Assembly: GCA_964586925.1 (NCBI GenBank)
Contig: CAZPJI010000004.1
Span: 1,052-65,051, forward strand
Length of the DNA: 64,000 nt
Source: an uncultured Gammaproteobacteria bacterium
GTDB taxonomy: Bacteria; Pseudomonadota; Gammaproteobacteria; JAKDMP01
Reading direction: 5' to 3'
Below, one piece after another: positions 42,264-51,767 of the stretch (the stretch's first letter is position 1; each line of letters begins with the position of its first letter). A model generated the notes under the pieces. It was given only the letters and a program-made list of their open reading frames with translations, did no database searches and was not told where the DNA came from. The translations under genes were made by a program, and so were the position numbers.

Positions 42264-43001
42264 TCAGGATAGGTTCCGCGAGCGCCGAGAGCCCCGTGCC
42301 AGGCGTATCGGCATCCCGGCCAGCAGGCGCAGGTGGAGCCAGGTCATGCGCAGGTTGTCGCGAAGCATGCGGAAGTTCGACAGTCCGTCGGTCGGGTAGC
42401 GGACATCGACCGGCAGGAAGCGCACTGGCGTGCCGGACAGGAACAGGCGCACCATGATTTCGGTGTCGAAGTCCATGCGCCGGCCGACCGGTTGGCTGGT
42501 GAAAGCGGCCAGGCTGGCGGCTACTGGATAGACACGATAGCCACACATGGAGTCCTTGAGTTCGCACGACCAGGTCTCGAGCCAGACCAAAAGATGCGTA
42601 ATCCAGCGTCCGTAGTAACGCACCGCCGGAACGCTGTCATCATAGGCCGGCATTCCCGAGATCAGCGCCCGCTCGTCGGCTTGCGCCAATTCGAGCAGCA
42701 GTGGCGCCTGCCGGGGGTCGTGCTGGCCGTCAGCGTCGATTTGCAGGACGTGCGTATAGCCGGCTTCGCCGGCGGCTTCCAGGCCGGTGAGGAAAGCGGC
42801 CCCCTTGCCCCGATTCTCGGTATGGCGCAGAACCGTCACCCGAGGGTCGCCAGCGGCCAGCTTGTCGATCGTCTCAGCGGTAACGGCATCGCTTCCATCG
42901 TCCACCAGGATCACCGGCAGCGATTGGGCACGGAGCTCGCCGACCAGGTACTGCAAGGAGTCGTGGTGATTGTAGATGGGGATCAGTGCGCAGGGCGTCA
43001 T
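42264..43001 (-). CDS. GT2 glycosyltransferase (ApeJ GT-domain-like)
   Basis: LIPIYNH, LVDDGS, NRGKG, QIDADGQH, DSMCGYRVYP, RMDFDTEI. Confidence 0.9.
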   Translation of the reverse strand: MTPCALIPIYNHHDSLQYLVGELRAQSLPVILVDDGSDAVTAETIDKLAAGDPRVTVLRHTENRGKGAAFLTGLEAAGEAGYTHVLQIDADGQHDPRQAPLLLELAQADERALISGMPAYDDSVPAVRYYGRWITHLLVWLETWSCELKDSMCGYRVYPVAASLAAFTSQPVGRRMDFDTEIMVRLFLSGTPVRFLPVDVRYPTDGLSNFRMLRDNLRMTWLHLRLLAGMPIRLARGSRRSRNLS

Positions 43002-43010
43002 AGTCGTTCG

Positions 43011-43376
43011 TCAGAAGTTGAGGCGGCCACGGCTGAGCAGCGCAGCATCAGCCAGGAATTGCCAGCTCACGCGGTTTTCTTCGCGGTGCAGATCGAGCAG
43101 CAGGGCTTTATCGAGCGGCACCGTCTCCAGAAATTTCACCCGGCCGATACTTACGGGATCGTGGCCGAAATCGAAATGCTCCCGGGCGTAGAAAACGGCC
43201 CAGGCGATCTGGGCCACGCCCGGCAACACCGGGCGCGACGGGAAATGGCCCCGGAACCAGACCAGGTTGGGCGGAATGGCAAGATGCAGGCGCACGCCGT
43301 CGGGTAGCGGCTGGCGGTTCCTCAGTTCGGGGAGCCGGGCCGCGGGAGAGGATGTGCTGCCGGCGTCAGCCCTCAT
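43011..43376 (-). CDS. FabZ/ApeI-like dehydratase
   Basis: WFRGHFP..PVLPGVAQI.WA, VKF. Confidence 0.85.
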   Translation of the reverse strand: MRADAGSTSSPAARLPELRNRQPLPDGVRLHLAIPPNLVWFRGHFPSRPVLPGVAQIAWAVFYAREHFDFGHDPVSIGRVKFLETVPLDKALLLDLHREENRVSWQFLADAALLSRGRLNF

Positions 43377-43614
43377 CGATCATGCGGCGGATTTCGCATT
43401 CCACGTCCGCAACGGTGCGGACATGGCGAAACTCCTGTGGGGTCACCTTGCGGCCCGTAAGTTCACGCACCACGATCGCAAGGTCTATGGCATCAATGCT
43501 GTCGAGATCCAGGTCTTCATAAAGACGCGCTTCCGGGCGGATGTCGGCTGGATCCAGCTCGAATCGTTCCACCAGCAACTTGTGAAATCGCGCCGAAATA
43601 TCTTCCTGGTTCAT
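43366..43614 (-). CDS. Acyl carrier protein
   Basis: LYEDLDLDSIDAIDL phosphopantetheine motif; FRHVRTVADV. Confidence 0.92.
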   Translation of the reverse strand: MNQEDISARFHKLLVERFELDPADIRPEARLYEDLDLDSIDAIDLAIVVRELTGRKVTPQEFRHVRTVADVECEIRRMIDEG

Positions 43615-43665
43615 AGGTCGCGCTGCCCCCTCGAATGGGGACGGTAATGGCCGGAGGGAAAGTGG

Positions 43666-44481
43666 TCAGGGCGGCAAAAGTGGTTCATGTGGCTTGGAAG
43701 ACAGTTGTCGTAAAAAATAATTTTCTAGGCCCCGTGTGGCCCGCCGCGCCATCCGAGATAAATCCTCGGAGGAGCCCCCGGCAAAGTCGGCAATGTCGCA
43801 AGGCGCACCAAAGCGTATCACAAGATGTACGCGCCTGTCGGGCATCCGGTACCAGGGATGGCCGTGGGTCAGCGCCGGCGGGTCGCAGTGGACCACAAGC
43901 GGCACAATGCGGAGTCCGGCACGCAGGGCTACCTGGGCCGCGCCGCGGCGGAAGCGCAGGGGCGCACCCGGGGTAGAGCGCGTGCCTTCGGGGAAGATCA
44001 GGATTGGCTCGCCTCGCGTGCTGGCCGCGCGGCAGGCCTCGATCAGTTTTTGCGGATCGTCGTTGTCGCAGGCGATGTAGCCGCCCAGTCGAGTGAACGG
44101 GAAAAACAGCGGGTGATTGAGCAGCGAGGATTTCATGACGCAATTTACGCGCGGAAGATGAGCCATGAGAAAGACGGCGTCGAGATAGCTCGGATGGTTG
44201 GCTACCAGCAGGCAACCCGCCAGATCCGGGATGCCGTCGCTGCGCACCTCGATGTCGGCCAAGCCGAAACCTTCGATCATGCGGATCAATAGGCGGAATC
44301 CCACACTGGCCAGCCCGCGAATCCGCTGCTCCCGCAAGCGGCGCGGCGTGACCAGCAACAGGATTGGCAATGGGACAAACAGGCCAAACAGGGCCACAAT
44401 GCCGAAAATGGCGAAGCCCAGGCCGGCGAGCGCACTGTGGCGCAGGCTCTCGATCCGGTTAAAGCCGTGTGTTTCCATCAA
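43666..44481 (-). CDS. PlsC-type acyltransferase (ApeD-like)
   Basis: VANHPSYLD, CVMK, IFPEGTRS, F.RGAA. Confidence 0.88.
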   Translation of the reverse strand: MMETHGFNRIESLRHSALAGLGFAIFGIVALFGLFVPLPILLLVTPRRLREQRIRGLASVGFRLLIRMIEGFGLADIEVRSDGIPDLAGCLLVANHPSYLDAVFLMAHLPRVNCVMKSSLLNHPLFFPFTRLGGYIACDNDDPQKLIEACRAASTRGEPILIFPEGTRSTPGAPLRFRRGAAQVALRAGLRIVPLVVHCDPPALTHGHPWYRMPDRRVHLVIRFGAPCDIADFAGGSSEDLSRMARRATRGLENYFLRQLSSKPHEPLLPP

Positions 44482-45371
44482 TGCGCCCAGTAATCGTAGA
44501 AATTGAACCAGTTATCGGGCGCATCCCGGGCATAGCGTTCCAGGCAGTCCACGTATTTTTGCGTTAACTGGTGAATGGCCTGTTCACGATCCGCTCGTCT
44601 TACCCGTTCGCCGGCGCACAGTTCTTCCAGATAAAGATCGTAACGATTACCACCCCGGTAAATGCCTGCGTAAAACAGGACCGGGCAGCCCAGGACCAGT
44701 GCGGCCTGCGTGACGCCGGTGGCGAAACGTGCCGGCTTGCCGAGGAAGGGCAGATCCAGAATGTGGGTATCGGACGGAGCCACGCGGTCGGAAAGTGCGG
44801 CTACAAAACTGCCTTTTTCTATCCGGTCGCTGAGCTGCATCAGTACGTCGGGAGATCCCAGGGGAATGCAGCGGCGCGCAAGGTCCGGATCCAACGTGGC
44901 AAAAGTCCGGGTAATGCGTGCATTGTGCTCGGGATAGAAAAGGATGTGTATGTCTAGGCCGGCCCGCTGCCGCGCCAGGGCACGCATGGCGAAAAAGCTG
45001 CCCATATGGGCACCCAGAAGGATTGCGCCCCGCCCCTGGTTTTGCAGGTCGAGGAGAGGTTCCGGGTTGTGGATGCGAATATCGAGTAGATCGGTACGGC
45101 TCGCCAGCAGATAGGTGCGATCCAAGGTAACCGCGGCAAAATTCCAGTAGGTTCGAGCCACATCCCGCCATTTTGGCGGGGCTGGTCGTGCCCGGCTCAG
45201 GAATTCCCGGACACTGCGCTGCTCGCTGCGCGTAACCAGCAGGAACCAGGCAACGGCGGGAAAGAGGCACAGGCGGGCCAGACGGCGGCCACCACGCAGC
45301 GCCGACAAACGCATGAAGGCGATCCACAGGCCGTTTCCGCGCTCCCGGCGTGTGCTCCAGTCGCCGCTCAC
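44478..45371 (-). CDS. LpxL/LpxP-like acyltransferase; GTG start 45371 inferred
   Basis: W....ERG, LLGAH.GSF, DR, FLG..A.F..G, P.NWFNFYDYW. Confidence 0.85.
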   Translation of the reverse strand: MSGDWSTRRERGNGLWIAFMRLSALRGGRRLARLCLFPAVAWFLLVTRSEQRSVREFLSRARPAPPKWRDVARTYWNFAAVTLDRTYLLASRTDLLDIRIHNPEPLLDLQNQGRGAILLGAHMGSFFAMRALARQRAGLDIHILFYPEHNARITRTFATLDPDLARRCIPLGSPDVLMQLSDRIEKGSFVAALSDRVAPSDTHILDLPFLGKPARFATGVTQAALVLGCPVLFYAGIYRGGNRYDLYLEELCAGERVRRADREQAIHQLTQKYVDCLERYARDAPDNWFNFYDYWAH

Positions 45372-46690
45372 GTCGGTTCCGGGGCTGGCGGCACGGCATG
45401 GCGGGAGACGATATCCAGCAAGTAGCTGCGTTGTAGCTTGCCGGTCCCGGTGCGCTCCAGGTGGGGGACGCAAATCAGGGGGCGCGGCATAAATATCGGA
45501 TCGATCAATCGTGCCAGACGGGTTCGTATATCCGCAGGCTGTAGACACGGCGCAACCACCACGGCGGCCAGGCGGGCATCGGCCTCGTCGGGGGCCACGA
45601 AGCTGCCCTCTTCCACGCCGTCTATGGACAAGAGGTGGTGATTCAGTTCCGCCAGCGAGGTTCTTTTCCCGGCGAGCTTGATCTGATCGCTGCTGCGGCC
45701 GAGCAGGATGAAGTGGCCGCCGGCTTCGATCTGCAAGCGGTCGGACAGTGGCCGGGGGCCGTCCAGATAGGGCGCATGTACCACGCAGCTCCCGTCCGAG
45801 GGTTCCAAGCTCACGTCGGCATACAGGGTCCAGGCAGAATCACGGCTCGTGCGCCGGCTGGCCAGCGCACCGGCTTCGCTGCAGCCGTAGATTTCGTGCA
45901 CAGCAGCGCCCAATCGGCTTTCGGCACGTGCCGCCAGGTCCGGATCCAGGGGGGCGGTGGCGCTTACGATCCCGGCCAGGTCCGGCCAGTCGAGTCCGGC
46001 GCGCAGACAGACATCGAGATGCAACGGTGTTGTGATGAGCACCCGGGGCGCCTCCAGTGCTTGCAGAGCCGCGCAGACATCGGCCGGATAAAGGGGGTGT
46101 CCGCTATGCACGACACCCGGCCCCAACAGGGTGTAGAGCACGCTGGATTCGAAGCCGTAGGAATGTTGCGCCGGCACCGTAGCGACAATCTGGTGCCCCG
46201 TCTTTTCAAGGGCAAATCGGTCCATGGCCCGTAATGTGACGCCATACAGCTCCTTCCAGGTCTTGGCCTGTGCCCGTGGTTCGCCCGTACTTCCCGAGGT
46301 AAAAAGAATGGCTGCCCTGTGACTGGACTCGATCAGGGGAGCGTCAGGGCTTTCCGTGGCGGATCCGATCGCATTCTCCAGGCCTTCAACCAGTTCGTCG
46401 TTTATTCGATAGGCTTCGTAACGGCGCGCGAGCGATTCGAGCATGCCGGGCGCTTGCCCCGGTGGCAGCAAGGCCGTTTGCCCGCGCATCAGCAGTGCGG
46501 CGAATGCCACCATGAAGTTGTAACGGTTCGCGCACATCAGGAGCGCATGGCGGCGATCCGGAAGTGCCCGCGCCAATGCCGCTGCGTGCTTCAAGTAGGC
46601 ACGGCGGGAGATCAGGCTACCTCTGTGCCAGGCCAGTGGAGCATCGTGTGGTGTGACGCCCAGCAGGGGGAGTAATTCGCGGTTGCTCAT
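45368..46690 (-). CDS. Acyl/aryl-ACP ligase (AMP-binding; XanA2-like)
   Basis: PLAW.....S...Y, C.NRY.F.V.FAA..MRGQ..LLPP, FTSGSTGEP, H.YGFE, EIYGCSEAG, KLAGKR.SL.ELN; ATG at 46690. Confidence 0.85.
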   Translation of the reverse strand: MSNRELLPLLGVTPHDAPLAWHRGSLISRRAYLKHAAALARALPDRRHALLMCANRYNFMVAFAALLMRGQTALLPPGQAPGMLESLARRYEAYRINDELVEGLENAIGSATESPDAPLIESSHRAAILFTSGSTGEPRAQAKTWKELYGVTLRAMDRFALEKTGHQIVATVPAQHSYGFESSVLYTLLGPGVVHSGHPLYPADVCAALQALEAPRVLITTPLHLDVCLRAGLDWPDLAGIVSATAPLDPDLAARAESRLGAAVHEIYGCSEAGALASRRTSRDSAWTLYADVSLEPSDGSCVVHAPYLDGPRPLSDRLQIEAGGHFILLGRSSDQIKLAGKRTSLAELNHHLLSIDGVEEGSFVAPDEADARLAAVVVAPCLQPADIRTRLARLIDPIFMPRPLICVPHLERTGTGKLQRSYLLDIVSRHAVPPAPEPT

Positions 46691-47361
46691 GGTCGGAACA
46701 AACGCAGAAAGTCGATATGGCGTATACGCGACCAATCGATGGGTTCGGCAGCCTTCAGTTCATTGCGCAGCCAGAATTGGCGGAAGAGCCACTCGCTCAG
46801 GAAAAAGCCGATCGGCAGTGCATAGGGAGCCACATTTATCCACCACCACCAGAAAGCCCCCGCGGGAATAAAAGCGACGGCGAACGTGATCAGACTCATC
46901 AGCGCCATAAGCACGGCCCAATACCAGGCCACGGCGCGGATGTAGGCACGTTCCCGGGGGCTGCGTTCCGGGCGAATCGTGCAGGCGATAAGCGTGATGA
47001 TATCGGTTTTCCCGGGCCGTAAGCCGCGCAGGAAAAGCCAGCTGATCAGGGCCTGGACGATGGCGGTCGTCAGGCTCAGCGCCGCGAGCGGGCCCTTGAG
47101 GGCGAACATGATGACGACCAGCACCAGATTGCACAAAGCCAACAGGAAGGCGGTCTTATTCCTTTCCAGCAGTCCCTGTGTGGCTCCCAGTACCAGCATC
47201 AGGACGAGCATCCAGGCTGCCGGGCGTGCATGCCCCGAGGCGGTGGCAAGGGCAACGAGCACGACATAGGCCAGCAGGAGCAGAACCCATGCCGCACCTA
47301 GAAGCTGGTGCAGTCTGTTTTGGGGGAGGCGGCGCTGCGGTTGAGCGTCATCGGGAGACAT
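46687..47361 (-). CDS. Membrane protein of aryl-polyene clusters (ApeG/COG4648-like)
   Basis: Multi-TM; Y.RAV..YW, W....N...Y, F..EW.FR. Confidence 0.7.
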   Translation of the reverse strand: MSPDDAQPQRRLPQNRLHQLLGAAWVLLLLAYVVLVALATASGHARPAAWMLVLMLVLGATQGLLERNKTAFLLALCNLVLVVIMFALKGPLAALSLTTAIVQALISWLFLRGLRPGKTDIITLIACTIRPERSPRERAYIRAVAWYWAVLMALMSLITFAVAFIPAGAFWWWWINVAPYALPIGFFLSEWLFRQFWLRNELKAAEPIDWSRIRHIDFLRLFRP

Positions 47362-47372
47362 GCGCGTAGCCG

Positions 47373-47651
47373 TCAGGCGTTTTCCGCCCGGCGAGCAGCG
47401 ATATAGGCGGCCAGTGCGCGCAGCGACCGGAAGGCCTCTCGATCCCGTTCGTTATCCGATTTCAGTTGTACGCCGTATTGTTTGGCTATAGCCAGAGACA
47501 ATTCCAGGGCATCGATGGAGTCCAGACCCAGGCCTTCACGGAACAGGCGCGCCTCGGGGTCGATGTCCTCGGCGGTTACATCTTCCAGTTCCAGTGCGGA
47601 CACGATCAGTTGCGCCACGTCCAGTTCAAAGTCGGTCATTTGTCCACTCAC
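47373..47651 (-). CDS. Acyl carrier protein (XanC/ApeE-like)
   Basis: IDPEA.LF.EGLGLDSIDALEL...I.KQYG. Confidence 0.92.
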   Translation of the reverse strand: MSGQMTDFELDVAQLIVSALELEDVTAEDIDPEARLFREGLGLDSIDALELSLAIAKQYGVQLKSDNERDREAFRSLRALAAYIAARRAENA

Positions 47652-47790
47652 CCGGGCCCTCGATGCCCTGTTTCTCAGCGAGATTATCCTATATTGTGTG
47701 ACACGGCTTGAAAAGCTCGTAAATTCGGCGATTTATCGCTAATATGCGCCCGGTTTGCCCGGTCTGTACGAATACAGCGGAGAAAGCGTG

Positions 47791-49131
47791 ATGAGGGATG
47801 AACAGGCGCAGGACGCCTTGAGCTGCGATGTGGCCGTTATTGGTGGAGGGCCTGCTGGCGCCGCTACAGCGGCCTTGCTGGCCCGCAAGGGGCGCGATGT
47901 CGTTGTGTTCGAGAAGGATCACCATCCCCGATTTCATATCGGCGAATCCCTGATCCCGCAAACCCTGCCGCTGCTGGAAAAGCTCGGCGTTCTGGATCAG
48001 GTGGACAAGACGGTCGGGTTGCTCAAGCCGGGTGCGAATTTCTACTCGGACACGCACCCCAACGTTCAGCAAACCTACTACTTCCGCGAGGCCTGGGACA
48101 AACAATGGCCCCATGCCTATGAAGTCAGGCGCAGCGAGTTCGACAAAATGCTCTTCGACAATGCCCAGGCATCTGGAGCACGCACCTTTGAGGGCGCACG
48201 GGTCGCTTCGGTGGACTTCGAAAGCGATGGCTCCAGCCGTGTCCAAGTGCGTCTCCGGAACGGCGAAGAGCAAAGCTGGACCGCCCGCTACGTAGTGGAC
48301 GCCAGCGGACGGGACACCATGCTGTCATCGAAGCACAAGCTCAAACGGAAGAACCGCCGCCACAACAGTGCGGCCATTTTTGGCCATTACCGTAACGTCC
48401 CGCGCCAGGAAGGCGAGGATGAGGGCAACATTACGGTTTACTGGTTCGAGCATGGCTGGTTCTGGCTCATTCCGCTAAAGGGCGGAATCATGAGCGTCGG
48501 GGCAGTGTGTTGGCCCGAATACCTCAAGACCCGCGATTGTTCGCCTGCGGAGTTTCTCGAACGGACCTGGAAGCTGTCACCCTCGCTCGGCAAGCGCATG
48601 GCGAATGCAGAACTCGAAGGCGAAGTCCGGGCGACCGGCAACTTCACCTACTTGTCCAAGGCCGCTGCCGGCAAGGGGTATTTGCTGGTCGGTGATGCTT
48701 TCGCGTTTCTGGACCCGGTGTTTTCCAGCGGCGTTCACCTGGCCTTGGCGGGGGCCTTCAAGGGTGCCGATACAGTGGATGCCATTCTCGACAATCCAGC
48801 CCGGGCACGAAAGCTGACGCGGGAATACGAACGTTACCTGCGCCGTGGCATGAAGGTATTCGCCTGGTTCATATATCGCTTCAATACACGCGCGCTGCAC
48901 AACCTGTTCATGTCGCCGCGAGACGTGCAACGAATGCCGGAGGCTGTCACCACGATGCTGGCCGGAGACGTGTTTCGCAAGACCCCGATACGCTGGCCGA
49001 TGTTCCTGTTCCGGCTGGTGTATTACGTCACTGCGCTCGCCAATTACCGCGCCAGTCTCGCATGGTGGTGGCGGAGGAGGCGCAACCTGCATGTGGTTAC
49101 CAGCGGCTCCACGCCCGCGGATTCCGGCTGA
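47791..49131 (+). CDS. FAD-dependent oxidoreductase, probable flavin-dependent halogenase
   Basis: GGGPAG, PRFHIGESL, LLKPGANF (conserved Lys), VDASGR, WFWLIP (WxWxIP), VGDAFAFLDPVFSSGV. Confidence 0.8.
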   Translation: MRDEQAQDALSCDVAVIGGGPAGAATAALLARKGRDVVVFEKDHHPRFHIGESLIPQTLPLLEKLGVLDQVDKTVGLLKPGANFYSDTHPNVQQTYYFREAWDKQWPHAYEVRRSEFDKMLFDNAQASGARTFEGARVASVDFESDGSSRVQVRLRNGEEQSWTARYVVDASGRDTMLSSKHKLKRKNRRHNSAAIFGHYRNVPRQEGEDEGNITVYWFEHGWFWLIPLKGGIMSVGAVCWPEYLKTRDCSPAEFLERTWKLSPSLGKRMANAELEGEVRATGNFTYLSKAAAGKGYLLVGDAFAFLDPVFSSGVHLALAGAFKGADTVDAILDNPARARKLTREYERYLRRGMKVFAWFIYRFNTRALHNLFMSPRDVQRMPEAVTTMLAGDVFRKTPIRWPMFLFRLVYYVTALANYRASLAWWWRRRRNLHVVTSGSTPADSG

Positions 49132-49141
49132 TCAAGCCGGG

Positions 49142-49939
49142 TCAGCCGGTTTGTTGGCAGTGAATTATCAGGTGCGATTCGTCCAGATAGGGTAGCCGGA
49201 TTTCTGCATCGGCTTGAGCGCACGCGAGTGCCGTGAGCAGCGGCAGGGCGCGGGCAGCCGGATTGCCCGTGCGCAACGCTTCAAGGTGGGGATCTGCGAG
49301 TGTCGACTCTTCGCCCCCCCTCTCCAGGCGCAAGGATAAGCCGGTCGACGCACCGTCCGGTTGCCGGCGCAGTAAGAGCGCACAGGCAAATTCGCCCTGG
49401 CCCGGGCGGGTCTTGTTGAGCGGCTCGGGCAGTGTCCGGTCATAGGCCACGAGCAGCACCGGTATGCCTTCGGCGGCCATGGTGGCTGCCTCGAGCAGTC
49501 CGGCGGAGAATGTGGCGTCGTGAGCCGCCACGGCAGTGTGGGGCGTCATGGCGTGTGCCGCGATGGACCAGTAGCCGGCCGGAGCGTTGTGCACGGAGTT
49601 GTGGAACTGGGTCGGCGATACGGCCGGCTCCGGTCTCGTCAGTTCCTCGCAGATCGCATGGATGATGTCACCGTCACCATTGCCGCTCGCAAACACAGTA
49701 GCCACTTGCCGGGCGTTTTCCGGGGAGCCGCCAAAGGCTTCTTCGGCGACGGCCAGGGCGAGGCGCATGGTGGTGGACAAGCGCCTTCTTTCATTGGCCG
49801 GCAGGCCCTGGGGGCTGAGTCTGGGCAAGGGCTCGGGTCGATAGGCTGCGGTGCCTGCAAGGCACTCCCGGGCCGTGGGCCAACCCACCAGGCCGGGCGC
49901 AGCGAAACCGATACCACTCGCCGTCAATCGCGTCATCAT
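49142..49939 (-). CDS. Beta-ketoacyl synthase chain-length factor
   Basis: ERRRLS....LAL, VFAS..GD, SPT.FHNSVHNAPAGYWSI, GLLEA, LVAYD; no catalytic Cys motif. Confidence 0.85.
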   Translation of the reverse strand: MMTRLTASGIGFAAPGLVGWPTARECLAGTAAYRPEPLPRLSPQGLPANERRRLSTTMRLALAVAEEAFGGSPENARQVATVFASGNGDGDIIHAICEELTRPEPAVSPTQFHNSVHNAPAGYWSIAAHAMTPHTAVAAHDATFSAGLLEAATMAAEGIPVLLVAYDRTLPEPLNKTRPGQGEFACALLLRRQPDGASTGLSLRLERGGEESTLADPHLEALRTGNPAARALPLLTALACAQADAEIRLPYLDESHLIIHCQQTG

Positions 49940-51141
49940 GCCGCCCGCCCCACGACAAGGCTTGCATTGCTACCGCCGAAACCGAAAGCATTCACCATGA
50001 TTCGGGAAACGGACTGTTTGCGGTTTTCCAGCACGATATCGGCATCGATGACCGGATCCACGCGGCGCGTGTTGAGGCTGGCCGGGACAAGGCCGTGTTC
50101 CAGTGCCAGAGCGGCGATACCGAAACCCATGATTCCTGCGGCGCCCAGTGTGTGCCCGCACCAGCCTTTGGTCGAACTGCTGGCCTGGCCTGGCCCGAAC
50201 ACTCGGCGCAAGGCGAGATCCTCGGCCTTGTCATTGGCCGGTGTTCCGGTACCGTGAAGATGAACCCAATCGATGTCGGTGGGATTTAGCCCGGCGCGGT
50301 CAAGTGCAGCCTGCATGGCCAGGGCCGCGCCGGCGCCTTCGGGATGCGGCGCCGACATGTGATGGGCGTCACCGCTTTCGCCGAATCCCATCAGTATGGG
50401 CGATTCTTTACCCTCAGAGGCATCCGGCCATTCCAGCAGCGCAAAGCCGGCGGCTTCCCCGAGATTGATGCCGTCCCGCTCCGCATCCGCCGGGCGGCAG
50501 GGCGAGGTGCTGACCAGTTGCAGGGAATGAAAACCATACAGAGTCATCAGGCACAGGCTGTCAACGCCGCCAACCAAGGCGGCTTGGCAAAGGCCGGCCT
50601 GCATATAGCGTGCAGCGGTTGCGAAGACTTTGGCGCTTGAGGAGCAGGCGGTCGACACGGCCAGGGCCGGGCCGGACAATCCCAGGGTTTTACGCACGAA
50701 AGCCGGCAGGGTAAACATATCCTGACTGTGGCTATAGGAAAACCACTCGGGAAGTTCGCCCGTAGCTTGGCGTTCCCGATAGGCACACTCGGTCAACTCG
50801 ATGCCACTGGTGCTGGTGCCCAGGAAAACGCCGATATTCCCCGCGCCATAGCGCTCCCGCAGGCGCAGGCATTCGTCCTGGAAGCCATCCTCGTTCAACG
50901 CCATATGCGCCAGGCGGTTATTGCGGCAATTCCAGGCCGACAGATTGTCCGGCAAGCGATATTCGTCGAGATCAGCAACGCGCCCGATCCAGGTATCAAG
51001 TTTCACGTGAGGGTGATCGCACCGGGTGAGGCCTCCACGATTGTTGCGCAGAGCATCGAGGGTAGCGGCACGGCCACGGCCAAGCGCGCTGGTAATGGTC
51101 CAGGCAGAGGCGATCAAGGGGTGCATGGGTGAAAGATTCAT
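49936..51141 (-). CDS. Beta-ketoacyl-ACP synthase (ApeO/XanK-like); start uncertain (51141 or 51126)
   Basis: SALG.G, RNN.L, LGTSTSG, STACSSSAK (Cys), HLHGTGT..ND, KGWCGHTLGAAG, NAFGFGG.N. Confidence 0.9.
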   Translation of the reverse strand: MNLSPMHPLIASAWTITSALGRGRAATLDALRNNRGGLTRCDHPHVKLDTWIGRVADLDEYRLPDNLSAWNCRNNRLAHMALNEDGFQDECLRLRERYGAGNIGVFLGTSTSGIELTECAYRERQATGELPEWFSYSHSQDMFTLPAFVRKTLGLSGPALAVSTACSSSAKVFATAARYMQAGLCQAALVGGVDSLCLMTLYGFHSLQLVSTSPCRPADAERDGINLGEAAGFALLEWPDASEGKESPILMGFGESGDAHHMSAPHPEGAGAALAMQAALDRAGLNPTDIDWVHLHGTGTPANDKAEDLALRRVFGPGQASSSTKGWCGHTLGAAGIMGFGIAALALEHGLVPASLNTRRVDPVIDADIVLENRKQSVSRIMVNAFGFGGSNASLVVGRAA

Positions 51142-51206
51142 GGGTCGCAAGGACTAATTTTAACCAGTACCGCTACTATGACACGACTTTCAGGAGAAAA
51201 TGCTCA

Positions 51207-51743
51207 ATGAGCGAAGCGGAGAACCCGGCCCGTATTTTGCACGAAGGTGAATTCCTGCGCTTGCTGAGACGCCGGCACTGGGAATACGTCGAGCGCACCA
51301 ATGCCCATGGCGTCGCCGTCATTGTGGCTGTCACGGATGCCGACGAACTGTTGCTGGTCGAGCAGTATCGCTTGCCGGTTCAGCAGCCGGTCATTGAGTT
51401 GCCGGCGGGCCTTGTCGGAGACATCGGTGAGGAAGAGACCCTACTCGAAGCTGCGCAACGCGAGCTTGAAGAAGAAACCGGTTACCGTGCTGCCCGAATG
51501 AGCGAACTGGCCTCGGGACCGACCACGGCCGGCTTGAGCAACGAAATAACCACTTTTTGCCGGGCTGATGGTTTGAAGCGCGTGGGACCGGGCGGCGGCG
51601 ACGACAGCGAAACCATCACGGTGTATCCAGTGCCACTGGCGGGTCTGCGCGATTGGTTGAGTACGCAGTCTTTACGCGCCGCCATTGATCCGAAGCTCTA
51701 TGCCGGTCTTTGGCTGGCCGGCATAGAGCCCGAGGCAGTCTGA
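51207..51743 (+). CDS. Nudix hydrolase (ADP-sugar pyrophosphatase-like)
   Basis: EQYRLP, IELPAGLVGD, AAQRELEEETGY; ATG at 51207. Confidence 0.88.
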   Translation: MSEAENPARILHEGEFLRLLRRRHWEYVERTNAHGVAVIVAVTDADELLLVEQYRLPVQQPVIELPAGLVGDIGEEETLLEAAQRELEEETGYRAARMSELASGPTTAGLSNEITTFCRADGLKRVGPGGGDDSETITVYPVPLAGLRDWLSTQSLRAAIDPKLYAGLWLAGIEPEAV

Positions 51744-51767
51744 GGGTTTGCGATGCCGTGGAACTCG

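Noticed and set aside
42333-43307. 324-aa plus-strand ORF
   Set aside because: Antisense to the GT2 and dehydratase genes; no recognisable domain.
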